Source of the DNA: Oscillospiraceae bacterium | GTDB taxonomy: Bacteria > Bacteroidota > Bacteroidia > Bacteroidales > WCHB1-69 | Direction of reading: 5' to 3' | Assembly: GCA_963603365.1 (NCBI GenBank) | Contig: CAVCMI010000006.1 | Location: forward strand, 82 to 64,081 | DNA: 64,000 nucleotides | Shown here: in pieces, positions 17,926 to 28,200 of the stretch | Layout of the letters: each line of letters begins with the position of its first letter | Numbering within the stretch: position 1 is the first letter of the stretch | Made by a program: the position numbers and the translations under genes | Notes under the pieces: model-generated | What the model was told of the DNA's origin: nothing | Database searches by the model: none | What the model saw: only the letters and a program-made list of their open reading frames with translations

Positions 17926-20508
17926 TTAGTTGAAAGTGAAATTCAGGCCGATGTAGAATGTCGTGCCAAAAGCGTAATAATATTTGTTGGCGTATTTGTC
18001 GGGATTGTAACTGTAATAGTCGAAACGGTACTGCTCGTATGCGGTGGTGATCAGGTTCTTGTTGTTCAGCAGGTTGGTGACGCTGGCATTGATGCCGAGA
18101 ATGTAACGTTTTATTTTCCATGACTTGCTGACGGAGAGGTCAAGGGTGAATTGCCCTTTCATGCGGGTTTGGTCTGCAATCTGATGGTAGAGTTCAGAGT
18201 CGGCATCAAGGGAGCCGCGTGCGGCGGAGGTCCTCCGTTCCGGGTTCAGGTCGCAATAAATTTTGTCGAAATAGTTGGCGTTGACAGTAACCCACCAGTA
18301 GTTGTGGTTGAATTTGAGCCCTATGGTGGAAGCTGCCTGCGGCGTGCCGGCAACGTGGAAGTTCTTCCAGTAAACGGTCCGGATGATCTCCTCTTCAAAG
18401 TCGGTGCCGTTTTCTGCAATCATGACTACGGAGGCCTGGTCAGAGTAACGGTAGTCGCCGTAAGTGCCGGCAAGTATCAGCGCGAACATGCTGCCCAGCT
18501 TGATTTCACTGCCGAGTTCGATGCCGTAATGACGTTGGTCGATCCCGGAAACGGAATAGTTTACCATACTGGAAAGGTCGTCATGGTAGAAACTGATCAA
18601 CTTGTTGATGTCCTGCATTTGCGTAATGAATGCCGCGACCCTGAGCTTGATGACGGGATGATTGAGCACGTAGGAGAGGTCTGCGGAATAGATGGTCTCA
18701 TTGGAAAGATTCTCCACGTAACCGTTCTGGATGCGCGGCGACACGAATGCGTTCATGACGGAAGGGGCGGACGACCCGAACTGGCCGTTCAGCACAAGGT
18801 AGTTGCGTCCGGTGATTTTGTAGGTCAGGCCAGCCTTGGCCGCACCCTCGAGGAAGGCTTTCTTTTCTGAATTGCCGAGAGAGTTGTTCCTGAAACGTCC
18901 GTTCTTCATTTGTCCGGTGCGCCAGAATTCTGTCGCGCCGATTTGTCCGCCAATATGAAAGTCGAGATGGGGAAATGAGAACACGGCGGTTGCCCACAGA
19001 CGCTGGGCGTAGATGTGATAGTCGTAGCTGTAGCCGAAGATGTCACCCTCGTGCAGGGTGTCGTTCATGTGCAGGAGGTCGTTGTATTGCACCTGTTGGT
19101 TTTCGGGGAAGTCTCCCTCGGAGAACTTGTCCACGTCAAGCCAGTAGGAGCCCCCCAGCAGGTCGTTGATGGTCTTGTAGTTCTCCTGTTTCATGCCGCG
19201 CACGTCAAGTCCGGCGTAGAGTCTGGCGTGTTTGGTGAAAGAGTAGGAGAGGTGAGAGGCTCCGCCAAACAAGATGTGGTCACGCACACGGTTCTCAATC
19301 ATGTATTGGGCCCGCTTGCCTTGTACAGCTGCCAATTGGTTCACTTCATAGAGGCGGTCCCAGTTGATTTGGGTATAGGACTGGTCATTCTCGCTCCAGA
19401 GACGCCGGATTTCGCCGTAGTAGTCGGCGGTGTCGCCGTCGCTGATCTGGTAGGAGGGCAGATAACGGTAGTAGTCAGGACGCGGGTCGGGAGCGTCGTA
19501 CCAGTTGAGTGAAGTGGTGCTGTTTCGCCCGAATGTGGCCGCCAGCGTGCTTGTGATCCTCAGCCGGTTGTCTTTTGGCGCGTAACTGTGGGTGAGCAGA
19601 ATGACCGGCTCGCATACGGTGCGTACGCGTGCATTGCGCCGTTTGCCTTGATACCACCCCCAGTTGGCGTTGTAATAGTTGTCGTTCAGCAGGTTGTAGG
19701 CCTCTTGCACTGAACTCGACTGCAGCCCCCGCGAGGAGTAGTTGGCAAAAGCCGACAGGTTGAGCCGGTGTGCTGAATTGAAGATCTTCTCAACGGCAAG
19801 GAAGCCGGCAAAACTGTTGTATGAGGTGCCCTCCACGTAGGAGATGCCGTCGCCGAAGCGTGCTGACAGCGACCCTGCGACTGACCATCCGTTTTTCATC
19901 ACGCCGGTGGCGCCGGTGAGCATGACCCGGTTGTTGTACGTGCGGTTGGCGAGCGAATAGGAAGCGCGGACTTGGCGGCGGAAATTGCTGGCGCAGAGAT
20001 TGTAGTTGCCGGCACCGCCGATGTTGCCGAACGCGAACCCGGCCGCATCCATGTTGGTGATGTATTCAGGATAACGGAATATATGGTTCAGACCGCCCCA
20101 TTGCGAATAGGTGGCCCGGCCGGTGACACTGCTGTTCATGGAAAACCCGTTCATGAACACGTCGGAATACTTGCCGTCATAGCCGCGCGCCCGGAAATAG
20201 GCAATGCTGAACGTGTAGGAAGAGTTCCTCGAGAAGACATCCTGCGAGGAGTGCAGCAGCCCGGGCATAGGACTCGATGAATACCCGCTCTCGTCCTCTT
20301 GCATGTCATTGATTTCCGAAAACCCGACTGCATCCTCGAACTCGTCGTTGTCGATGGCAAACGCGGCGTCTTTGTCCGCGGCCGTGCTGTCTGCCGGCAT
20401 CTGCGTTTTGGCAACCCGCAGGTCTTTTTTTGCCGGCTTTTGGGCGAACGCAATGCTTCCGGCCAGCATAATCGTTGTAAATGTCAGAATGAAATGTAGA
20501 TTTTTCAT
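17926..20508 (-). CDS. TonB-dependent-receptor-like outer-membrane beta-barrel protein
   Basis: Start set at ATG 20508 (MKNLHFILTFTTIMLAGSIAFAQ). About 860 aa of beta-rich sequence ending in YIGLNFTFN. An acidic low-complexity stretch follows the signal peptide. Confidence 0.6.
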   Translation of the reverse strand: MKNLHFILTFTTIMLAGSIAFAQKPAKKDLRVAKTQMPADSTAADKDAAFAIDNDEFEDAVGFSEINDMQEDESGYSSSPMPGLLHSSQDVFSRNSSYTFSIAYFRARGYDGKYSDVFMNGFSMNSSVTGRATYSQWGGLNHIFRYPEYITNMDAAGFAFGNIGGAGNYNLCASNFRRQVRASYSLANRTYNNRVMLTGATGVMKNGWSVAGSLSARFGDGISYVEGTSYNSFAGFLAVEKIFNSAHRLNLSAFANYSSRGLQSSSVQEAYNLLNDNYYNANWGWYQGKRRNARVRTVCEPVILLTHSYAPKDNRLRITSTLAATFGRNSTTSLNWYDAPDPRPDYYRYLPSYQISDGDTADYYGEIRRLWSENDQSYTQINWDRLYEVNQLAAVQGKRAQYMIENRVRDHILFGGASHLSYSFTKHARLYAGLDVRGMKQENYKTINDLLGGSYWLDVDKFSEGDFPENQQVQYNDLLHMNDTLHEGDIFGYSYDYHIYAQRLWATAVFSFPHLDFHIGGQIGATEFWRTGQMKNGRFRNNSLGNSEKKAFLEGAAKAGLTYKITGRNYLVLNGQFGSSAPSVMNAFVSPRIQNGYVENLSNETIYSADLSYVLNHPVIKLRVAAFITQMQDINKLISFYHDDLSSMVNYSVSGIDQRHYGIELGSEIKLGSMFALILAGTYGDYRYSDQASVVMIAENGTDFEEEIIRTVYWKNFHVAGTPQAASTIGLKFNHNYWWVTVNANYFDKIYCDLNPERRTSAARGSLDADSELYHQIADQTRMKGQFTLDLSVSKSWKIKRYILGINASVTNLLNNKNLITTAYEQYRFDYYSYNPDKYANKYYYAFGTTFYIGLNFTFN

Positions 20509-20544
20509 CAAAGCCTTACGATTTCGTGATACGAAAAAAGTGCG

Positions 20545-20552
20545 CAAAAATA
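20545..20552 (-). promoter_or_regulatory. Candidate Bacteroidota -7 promoter box (TATTTTTG) for the receptor operon
   Basis: The reverse complement of caaaaata matches TAnnTTTG, about 37 nt upstream of ATG 20508. The same GTATTTTTGCGC context recurs at 25222. Confidence 0.35.
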
Positions 20553-20608
20553 CAAAAAATGCGGTTATTCAGCACAGGGCGGGTTTGCCCGACGGCACTG
20601 CCATGGGA

Positions 20609-21337
20609 CTACTCTGTTTCCAACAATGCCCGTATTGCAGCAGAGGCGGCGAAACAACCGAAGACGGCTGGCATATAGGATATTGTACCTACAGTTGACA
20701 GTTTGTTGATTTCTTCGTCTTTGTCAATGACAACAGCCTCTTCAGGCACTTTTTCAGGCGAATAGACAACTTGCACGCCTTTGCGGATGCCAAGCCGGTA
20801 TAGCCTTTTGCGTACGGTCTTGGCCAACCGGCAGTACGACGACCTGGATATGTCGTCAATCCTGACTTGCCCGGGGTCTGTCTTGCCGCCGGCACCCATC
20901 ACGGATACTATTTCCAGCCCTTGCCGCAATGCCTGATAGATAAGGAATACTTTCGGCGAGAGGGTGTCGATGGCATCAACGACATAGTCGTATGGTGCCG
21001 CCGCCAACAACTCCTCGGTGCGCCCGTCACGGATGAATTCTTCCACGCAATGTACCTTAAGGCTTGGGTTAATGTCGAGCAGCCGATCTGCCATAACCCT
21101 CACCTTGCTTTTCCCTATGGTGGAGTGTAACGCCGGCAACTGCCGGTTGAGGTTGGTGACCGACACCTTGTCCGCATCTACGAGGGTGATCTCGCCGATG
21201 CCGGCACGGCAAAGCATCTCTGCCGAGTAGGCGCCTACTCCGCCCAGGCCGACTTGCAGCACATGTGCTTTTGACAGTCTTTCAAGCCCCTGCTCTCCTG
21301 TCAGCAACGCTGTTCTCGATAGCCAATGTTCGCTCAT
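20609..21337 (-). CDS. tcdA: tRNA threonylcarbamoyladenosine dehydratase (ThiF family)
   Basis: The track start is TTG, so I moved the start to ATG 21337. Rossmann motif VGLGGVGAYSAEMLCRAGIGEITLVDADKVSVTNLNRQ. Confidence 0.8.
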   Translation of the reverse strand: MSEHWLSRTALLTGEQGLERLSKAHVLQVGLGGVGAYSAEMLCRAGIGEITLVDADKVSVTNLNRQLPALHSTIGKSKVRVMADRLLDINPSLKVHCVEEFIRDGRTEELLAAAPYDYVVDAIDTLSPKVFLIYQALRQGLEIVSVMGAGGKTDPGQVRIDDISRSSYCRLAKTVRKRLYRLGIRKGVQVVYSPEKVPEEAVVIDKDEEINKLSTVGTISYMPAVFGCFAASAAIRALLETE

Positions 21338-21357
21338 AAGGTTGTGTTCTGTATGTT

Positions 21358-22728
21358 TCAAGTTTCCGGACAATTGCTGCCTTTGAGTTGTTCAAGATAG
21401 ATTTGGTTGTAGTATGTGCGATATTGGCGACTACAGAAATGGTTGTGCCACAATATGATAAAGTCTCCCTCTACGGCTTCGCACCTTTGCCGGAGTAACG
21501 ATGTCAGCCGGTTGCCTTCGGCAGGAGAGAGGTGCCGGTAGTCTACAAGGCTGCCGTCCATGACGATGAGGGGGTGCTCCGTAATTCCCGTGGGTCTGTC
21601 AGCCTCGTTGTCATACAGACGGTAGGGGTGGCAAGTGCCGCACCGGAACCCGGGCTGCTCGGCATAGCCAAGCGTGTAGTCATCTGTCAGCCCTGCCGCC
21701 CGCCATGCGTCCAATGTGCTGTTGCCCTCTCCTTCGGCTTCAAGCCTGAATCGGAGATAATGCTGCCGGACGTTTGTGATCCGCTGTCCCGCAGCGGTTT
21801 CCAAAGCCTCTTTTTCACGGCAGAGGCGGTCTTTGAGCGTATAGCTTTCGTAACTGCCGTGCAGCCCGATGTCCATGCCTGCTTCCCTTACGGCATCGAT
21901 ACAATAACGCACGTTCGGGTCCCGGACATCGTAGGCAGCGCCGGGGTCGGCATGGGAGTCGCTCCTGAAAAAGAAAACAGACTGCAATCCGTACATTTTC
22001 GACAGGTGCGCGAATTCGATTATGGCGGTAATGTAGGGGTCGTGTCTTGCATCGTTGCGCCATTGCCGGTACTCTTTCCATGATGCCGCCGCACACGAGA
22101 GGCTGCGGTCAAGCAGAAGGTCCCTGCCCAGTATGGACTTTGCCGCCTGTATCGGATTCCGGAACCGGTATAGCAGGTCGATGTCATGCGTGGGAATGAA
22201 ACGGTATCTCCGATGTGCCGGTTTTATGGACGGCCGAAATGCTTCGATAATCCATTTCCGCAGCAGCATGGCATATTCGTCCGCAAGGGGGATGTGGATG
22301 AAACGGTAAAGGTCTGGCAGACTGCGACGGAACGGGAACCTGTCGTGCCGGTCTCTTAAGGCATCTGCCGGTTCGTCTCTCTTTGAAAGCAGCAGGAATG
22401 AGATGGTTATAAGGTCGAAAGGGATGTGCAACTCGTTTCGCCCGATGTCTTGGCTGATCGTCTCGCCATCTGCCTTTGACGGACGGAACAAGGGCACTTG
22501 CACTCTCCCGTCTGCCGACAAAAATAGCAAGGGAGCAAGTGCTCCCTTGTAAAGTGCTTGGATGTCAGAGTCTGACATCAGTTTGATTATAATGTGCCAT
22601 TGTTCTGAAATGGCTATATGGAGTGTCTCTCCGTTTGCTGTGAATGTAACCTCGTGCCGTTCAATGTCAGGAAAGGATACTTGCGTCAAATGTTGAAGCG
22701 TATAGGCTATGGCATTGCGTGACAGCAT
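21358..22728 (-). CDS. Hypothetical protein, polysaccharide-deacetylase-like C-terminal region
   Basis: 456 aa. Blocks THDIDLLYRF, FFFRSDSHADP and GLHGSYESY are reminiscent of the deacetylase/NodB-like fold. Weak call. Confidence 0.35.
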   Translation of the reverse strand: MLSRNAIAYTLQHLTQVSFPDIERHEVTFTANGETLHIAISEQWHIIIKLMSDSDIQALYKGALAPLLFLSADGRVQVPLFRPSKADGETISQDIGRNELHIPFDLITISFLLLSKRDEPADALRDRHDRFPFRRSLPDLYRFIHIPLADEYAMLLRKWIIEAFRPSIKPAHRRYRFIPTHDIDLLYRFRNPIQAAKSILGRDLLLDRSLSCAAASWKEYRQWRNDARHDPYITAIIEFAHLSKMYGLQSVFFFRSDSHADPGAAYDVRDPNVRYCIDAVREAGMDIGLHGSYESYTLKDRLCREKEALETAAGQRITNVRQHYLRFRLEAEGEGNSTLDAWRAAGLTDDYTLGYAEQPGFRCGTCHPYRLYDNEADRPTGITEHPLIVMDGSLVDYRHLSPAEGNRLTSLLRQRCEAVEGDFIILWHNHFCSRQYRTYYNQIYLEQLKGSNCPET

Positions 22729-22761
22729 ACACGAGAGAGGTCAAGGGGGATGAATCCCGTT

Positions 22762-23277
22762 TTAACGTTTCTTCTTTCCTGAATTAATGTAGGTGTCTTT
22801 TTCTGCCTGGGAGGTGCTTTTCTGACATTTCATCTTGTTTACCAGATCACGCCTGTACTGTTCGTCTATCCTGTAGAAGTCCTGAATGTGTCTTGGAGAA
22901 AGAATGGTCTTGAGTTTTTTGTAAAATGTGGACTCGAGGTTCAGCATGTTCTTGCGGAGTTCGAATTTCTGGTCTTGCATATAGGTCATCTGCTTGTCGG
23001 TCAGGCTGGCGTAAGACTCCTTGTTCAGGCAGACGCATTGCTTGATGCCGTTTTTCTCCATATTGGTCCTGAAAGTCTCGTGGTATTTGATTTCGCTGTG
23101 CAGGAACTGTTCGTATGCGGTGTAGAAGCTTTTGCTTTCGGAAGGCGAAAGGGAGAGGTTCTGGCGCATGTTGTCCATACGCTCTTTCACCATCTTTCCG
23201 GTGTCGGGTTTCTCTTGGGCCTGGACTGCGGCCGCAAATGCTGTTAAAAGGCAGACTAAAGCTATGATTCGTTTCAT
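22762..23277 (-). CDS. Periplasmic helical protein with LTXXQ motif (Spy/CpxP-like)
   Basis: 171 aa. Signal peptide (AAAVQAQ). LTDKQ motif, Lys-rich C-terminus. Third gene of an ECF sigma module. Confidence 0.45.
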   Translation of the reverse strand: MKRIIALVCLLTAFAAAVQAQEKPDTGKMVKERMDNMRQNLSLSPSESKSFYTAYEQFLHSEIKYHETFRTNMEKNGIKQCVCLNKESYASLTDKQMTYMQDQKFELRKNMLNLESTFYKKLKTILSPRHIQDFYRIDEQYRRDLVNKMKCQKSTSQAEKDTYINSGKKKR

Positions 23278-23303
23278 TGTTGCATTATTTAGGTATGGTT
23301 AGT

Positions 23304-23639
23304 TTAGAAGTTGTAATATTCCATTCGTGCAAAGTCGCTGCTGTAATAGTCAACCATTTGCCGCTCCAAAGGGGTCGCGGTTTCTTCAGGTTGTGTCACT
23401 TCGATCTGCTTTTCGTTGACGATGGGCTGCTGTTCCACGCCCGAGGAAACGGTTCTGTAAACGAAAGTGCCGCAGATGACAAGGGCAAGGGCAGCGGCCA
23501 CGCCGGAGAGTTGGAAAATCCGACGTTTTGTCTTTTCTTTCCTGATTCTGTTCATTACCTGACCGGGCAGATTGTTGAAATAGCCCTCGGGGATCTGGTA
23601 GTTTTCCTCTTTGGGCAGGTTGTTCAAGTCTATATCCAT
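23304..23639 (-). CDS. Putative anti-sigma factor, single-pass membrane protein
   Basis: 111 aa. Short N-terminal region, then a TM helix (LSGVAAALALVICGTFVY). Lies directly downstream of an ECF sigma gene. Confidence 0.5.
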   Translation of the reverse strand: MDIDLNNLPKEENYQIPEGYFNNLPGQVMNRIRKEKTKRRIFQLSGVAAALALVICGTFVYRTVSSGVEQQPIVNEKQIEVTQPEETATPLERQMVDYYSSDFARMEYYNF

Positions 23640-23684
23640 GATGCTAAATATAAAATGTAAACTTTGCGTTTGACTCCGGTTGTT

Positions 23685-24242
23685 TCAAAAAGTTAAACGC
23701 TCAGATATTTTTTTCTTGATTTTTTCTGCGGCGAAGTGGTAAGAGGCTTTCAGCGCGCTTTCGGACGTGTCGAAGATCTTGGACATTTCTGCGTAAGGGG
23801 TCTCGTCATAGTATCGCATCGTGAATACGGCGCGTTGCTTTGGAGGAAGTCTAAGTATTTCTTCCTGAAGTATTTGTTGTATTTCGTCCGGTGAGATGAA
23901 ATTCGTTTCGGGCTGGCTCACGACAAGGAAGTCGGCATAACTGTCGTCGGTGAGGTTCAGGGTCTTTTTCTTTTTCTCTATGAATGTCAACGCTTCATTT
24001 ACGGAAATCTTCGTTATCCAGGACTTGAGGCTTGATTCTCTGCGGAAATTGTGCAGGTTCTGCCAGATTTTGATGAAGACGTTTTGGGTGACGTCATTCG
24101 CGTCTTCGTGGAGGGAGACGATGCGTCTCGTGTTGAAATAGATGGTTTTCTGGTATTTTTTCACCAGCAGTTCAAAAGCCTGTTCTTTGGTCTTGCTGTT
24201 TTCGAAAAGGGCAAGGATGAAATCGTCAGACGCTTCTGGCAT
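23685..24242 (-). CDS. RNA polymerase ECF-type sigma factor
   Basis: 185 aa. Region 2 (TIYFNTRRIVSLHEDANDVTQNVFIKIW) and region 4 (PYAEMSKIFDTSESALKASYHFAAEKIKK). Confidence 0.85.
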   Translation of the reverse strand: MPEASDDFILALFENSKTKEQAFELLVKKYQKTIYFNTRRIVSLHEDANDVTQNVFIKIWQNLHNFRRESSLKSWITKISVNEALTFIEKKKKTLNLTDDSYADFLVVSQPETNFISPDEIQQILQEEILRLPPKQRAVFTMRYYDETPYAEMSKIFDTSESALKASYHFAAEKIKKKISERLTF

Positions 24243-24248
24243 AAGTAG

Positions 24249-25202
24249 TTATTTCTTACGGGCGATAACTTTTTTGCAGGCTTCCGCGATGTGTTCAGTG
24301 TCAAGCCCGTGGAGTTTCATCAGTTCGTCAGGAGTTCCGCTTTCCCCGAAGACATCGTTTACGGCCACCATTTCAACGGGGACGGGCAGTTCCCGGCACG
24401 ACAGCTGGCAGATGGAGTCGCCCATGCCGCCGTTCATAAGGTGCTCTTCGGCTGTGACGGCACATCCCGTCTTGGCAAGGCTGGCAAGCACGGCTTCCTC
24501 GTCAAGCGGCTTGATGGTGGTTATGTCAATGACCTCTGCTGAAATGCCCTGTTCGTTGAGTGCGTACGCAGCCTGAAGTGCCGGATAGACCATGTGCCCG
24601 GTGGCAAATACAGTCACATCAGTGCCCTCGTTCATGGTGATGGCCTTGCCGATGACAAACGTTGTCTCTGCCGTGAAGTCAGGCACGGCCGGACGACCGA
24701 AGCGCAGATATACCGGTCCCTCGTACTCGGCAGCGGCTATAGTGGCCATCTTCGTCTGGGTGTAGTCGCACGGATTGAGCACAACCATGTTGGGCAGCAT
24801 CTTCATAAGCCCTATGTCTTCAATCATCTGATGGGTGGCGCCGTCTTCGCCGACGGTAAGGCCGGCATGGGAGGCGCAAATCTTGACGTTAAGGTTGGAA
24901 TAGGCTGCCGTCATGCGTATCTGGTCGTAAACGCGCCCGCTGACAAAACCGGCAAACGCGGCGGCAAACGGAACCTTGCCGCTTAAGGAAAGACCGGCTG
25001 AAATGCCGATCATGTTCGCTTCGGCTATGCCGACCTGAATGAAACGGTCCGGGAAAGCCGCTTTGAAGTCCCCCATCTTTACGCTGCCTGTGACATCCGC
25101 AGTCAAGGCGAAAACATTAGAATTGGCCTTTCCGGCCTCTAACAAGCCAGCCCCGAAGCCGGAACGCGTATCCTTCATACCTTTGCTCGTGATCTTTTCC
25201 AT
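24249..25202 (-). CDS. Transketolase, C-terminal (pyrimidine-binding) subunit of a split transketolase
   Basis: 317 aa. Blocks FIQVGIAEANMIGISAGL and GEDGATHQMIEDIG. Confidence 0.9.
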   Translation of the reverse strand: MEKITSKGMKDTRSGFGAGLLEAGKANSNVFALTADVTGSVKMGDFKAAFPDRFIQVGIAEANMIGISAGLSLSGKVPFAAAFAGFVSGRVYDQIRMTAAYSNLNVKICASHAGLTVGEDGATHQMIEDIGLMKMLPNMVVLNPCDYTQTKMATIAAAEYEGPVYLRFGRPAVPDFTAETTFVIGKAITMNEGTDVTVFATGHMVYPALQAAYALNEQGISAEVIDITTIKPLDEEAVLASLAKTGCAVTAEEHLMNGGMGDSICQLSCRELPVPVEMVAVNDVFGESGTPDELMKLHGLDTEHIAEACKKVIARKK

Positions 25203-25221
25203 ACCTTAAAATTTTTGGGCG

Positions 25222-25229
25222 CAAAAATA
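25222..25229 (-). promoter_or_regulatory. Candidate -7 promoter box (TATTTTTG) for the transketolase gene
   Basis: The reverse complement of caaaaata matches TAnnTTTG, 20-27 nt upstream of ATG 25202. Confidence 0.3.
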
Positions 25230-25275
25230 CGAAAATTGACAATCGGGAGTTATTGGAATAAGATTTTCTTTTCTG

Positions 25276-28200
25276 ATGGACTTTAGGCACATCGGCATCT
25301 TTCTTGTTGTCTGCTGTCTGCAACACTGCTGTCTGCATGCACAGTATACTTGCCGTTTCGGATGCATAACCCCCGATTCGATGCGCATGCGCTTCGACAC
25401 GCTCTCTGTGGTCCCCCATTCGTTCCAGTTGGAGGGCACGCCCGCTGCCGCCATCGACATTGATTACATCGCCGCAACAATCTATCTGAAAGATTCCGCC
25501 CTGCTGGGCAAACCGCTCTGCTTCCGGTACCAAGTCTATAGTTCCGACTTCTCAGCCCCGCGGCGCCACCGCCCGCTCTCCCTCATTGAACCGCCGCTCC
25601 CCGACTTCAGAGCAGCAGAGAGCCACATCCTGCCGGTGGCCGATGCCGTGCAGGACAACCTGCTCAATACTGCCGGCTCTGTGTCTCGCGGCATCTCTGT
25701 CGGAAACCGGCAAGACCTCGTGCTAAATTCGGCTCTCAATCTCCAATTGTCAGGGAAACTCTCGGATGACCTTGAAATCATCGCCTCCCTCTCAGACCAG
25801 AACATGCCGCTGCAACCGGAAGGCAATACGGAATACATCACCGACTTGAGCAGCGTGTTCATTACCCTGCGCTACAAAAACGTTGTTAGGGTAGACGGCG
25901 GCGATATATCCGTGTCTTCACCTAATGACGATTTCTTGAAGGTAAACCGCAGCCTGCTCGGCATGAAAGCCGCAGTCAGTTGCCACAATGGCAGCCAGAC
26001 GGCAAAGTATGTAAACAGTGCCGGCGGCGGTGTCTCCAAAGGCAAATTTGTCCGGCAAAATATAGAATCCAAAAACGGCGTGCAAGGTCCATATAGACTT
26101 TACGGCCCTAACAACGAAACCGGCATTGCAGTGGTGGCAGGCTCCGAGCGCGTCTATGTTGACGGAGAACTCAAAACCAGAGGACAAGACCGCGACTATG
26201 TGATGGACTACAACACCGCCGAGCTGACCTTTACCCCGTCTATGCTGGTGACCGAAGAGAAAAGAATTGTTGTATGGTTCGAATGTACAGACCGCAATTA
26301 TGTGCGGTACAGTTTGTTTTCGTACAATGAGATGACTTTTGGCAAGAAAAGGCCGCTCACGTTGACAGTTAACTATTATCAGGAACAGGACCTTAAAAAC
26401 CGGTCAGTTCAGCCAGAACTCGACGACAGCCAGAAACTATTCCTCTCCCGGCTTGCTCCTGGCGAGGAGACGGCATATTACAGTCAGGCGGATTCGACGG
26501 CGTTCACTCCTGACAGGGTGCTCTATGCCAAACGCGACACTTTGGCGGCCGGGAAAGAATACGAGGTGTATTGCTATTCTGTGGACAATTCCGAACAATT
26601 GTACAGTTTGAGTTTCTCCTACGTGGGCAAGAACAAGGGCAACTATGTGTTGCAGAGCAGCACCGCCAACGGACGCGTGTTCGGATGGACTGCCCCCGAA
26701 GAGGGTGTTCCGCAGGGCGATTACGAACCCGTGAGGCTGCTGACCGCTCCGAAGCTGCAGCAGATGGCTACGATCGGCGCGGCGTACCGCTTCGCCCCGA
26801 AGTCGCTGCTGCGCGGAGAACTTGCATTGTCGAACTATAACAGCAACACGTTCCTGAAAAAGAACGGAAACGCCGGACTTGCCGGCACCATAGAACTGAA
26901 GCACGAACAGGGACTGAAGAAAAAGGATGCCGACACCGCCAAATGGCATCTGTCAACGGAACTGCTGTGGCAGTATCGACAGAAGGATTTCTGTGAGGTG
27001 GAGCCCAGCCGCGAGGTTGAGTTCTCCCGCAAATACAACCTTTCCGACATTGACAGCGAACACTTCGCTGAACAGATGCTGCAGGCTTCTGTGGGCATCG
27101 CGGCCCCGCAATGCAGTTCATCGAAATATACGCTCAACTGGTATTCACGTCCGGGGAATCTCTCGGCGCTGCGACAGGAGATTGTATCCGGCAGCAGACT
27201 GAAAAACATACAGTTCACGACTGCCACATCCTGGCTCCTGCAGCAAGACACGCTCCGAAATAGTTCATTCGTCGCGTCAAACAACAACCTCTCGCTGAAC
27301 ATCGGGAAGGTCATTGTCGGCATCCGGGACCTGTTGGAACATAATATGTTCCGAGACCGTCTTCTGGACACCCTTTGCGCTGACAGTTATGCATTTAATG
27401 AAGCCATGCTCTATGTCAAGAGCGGCGACAGCACCCGGTTCGGGAAGTATGCCCTTTATTACAAAAACAGGATAGAATATCTGCCCTCGGCCGACAGCCT
27501 GTCGCGGCATACAGTTCTGGACGAACTCAGCGTCAACGGCGCTATAGACCGTATCCGTAACCAGCATTTCGGCGTAAAGGCCACATACCGCAACCAGCGC
27601 GGCCGTGTTGAGGAAAACACCCGTGCCGAGCATTATTATGTGGGAAATCTCGAGTACTCCGGACGTTTCTGGCACAATTTCCTCACGCTGAACACTTATT
27701 ATGAACTCGGAAGCGGCATGGAACTGCGCAGGAGCTACACCTTCATCAAGGTGGCGAAAGGGCAGGGCACTCATGTCTGGAACGACTACAACGGCAACGG
27801 GGTGGAGGAACTTGAAGAATTTGAGGTTTCAGCATTCCAGGATGCTGCAGACTATGTCAAAGTGTGGCTTTCAGGAAGAGACTACATCAATACCTATAAC
27901 AGCAAGTTTACGCAAAGTGTCCGTCTGTCCCCCGCGGTCCTTTGGCGGAACGCCAAAGGACTGAAAAAGTTCATCTCCCGCTTTTCGGATGCCGCCACAT
28001 TCCGTGCCGGCGTAAAACGGACCGTCCCGAACGTCAATCCTTTCTTTGCGGACTTGTCGGACACCGGGCTTGTCAGCCGCAATTTGTCGTTCAGCAACAC
28101 CTTCTCGTTCAACAACAGCGCCTCCAAATTCGCGTTTGACTTTACGGTGCAGGAGAATCAGAACAAGAACCTGCTTTATTATGGCTTTGAGCGAAACAGC

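Noticed and set aside
17926-20508. Classical SusC/SusD polysaccharide utilisation locus.
   Set aside because: No SusD-like gene follows the barrel, and there are no glycoside hydrolases or hybrid two-component or ECF/anti-sigma (FecR-type) regulators adjacent.
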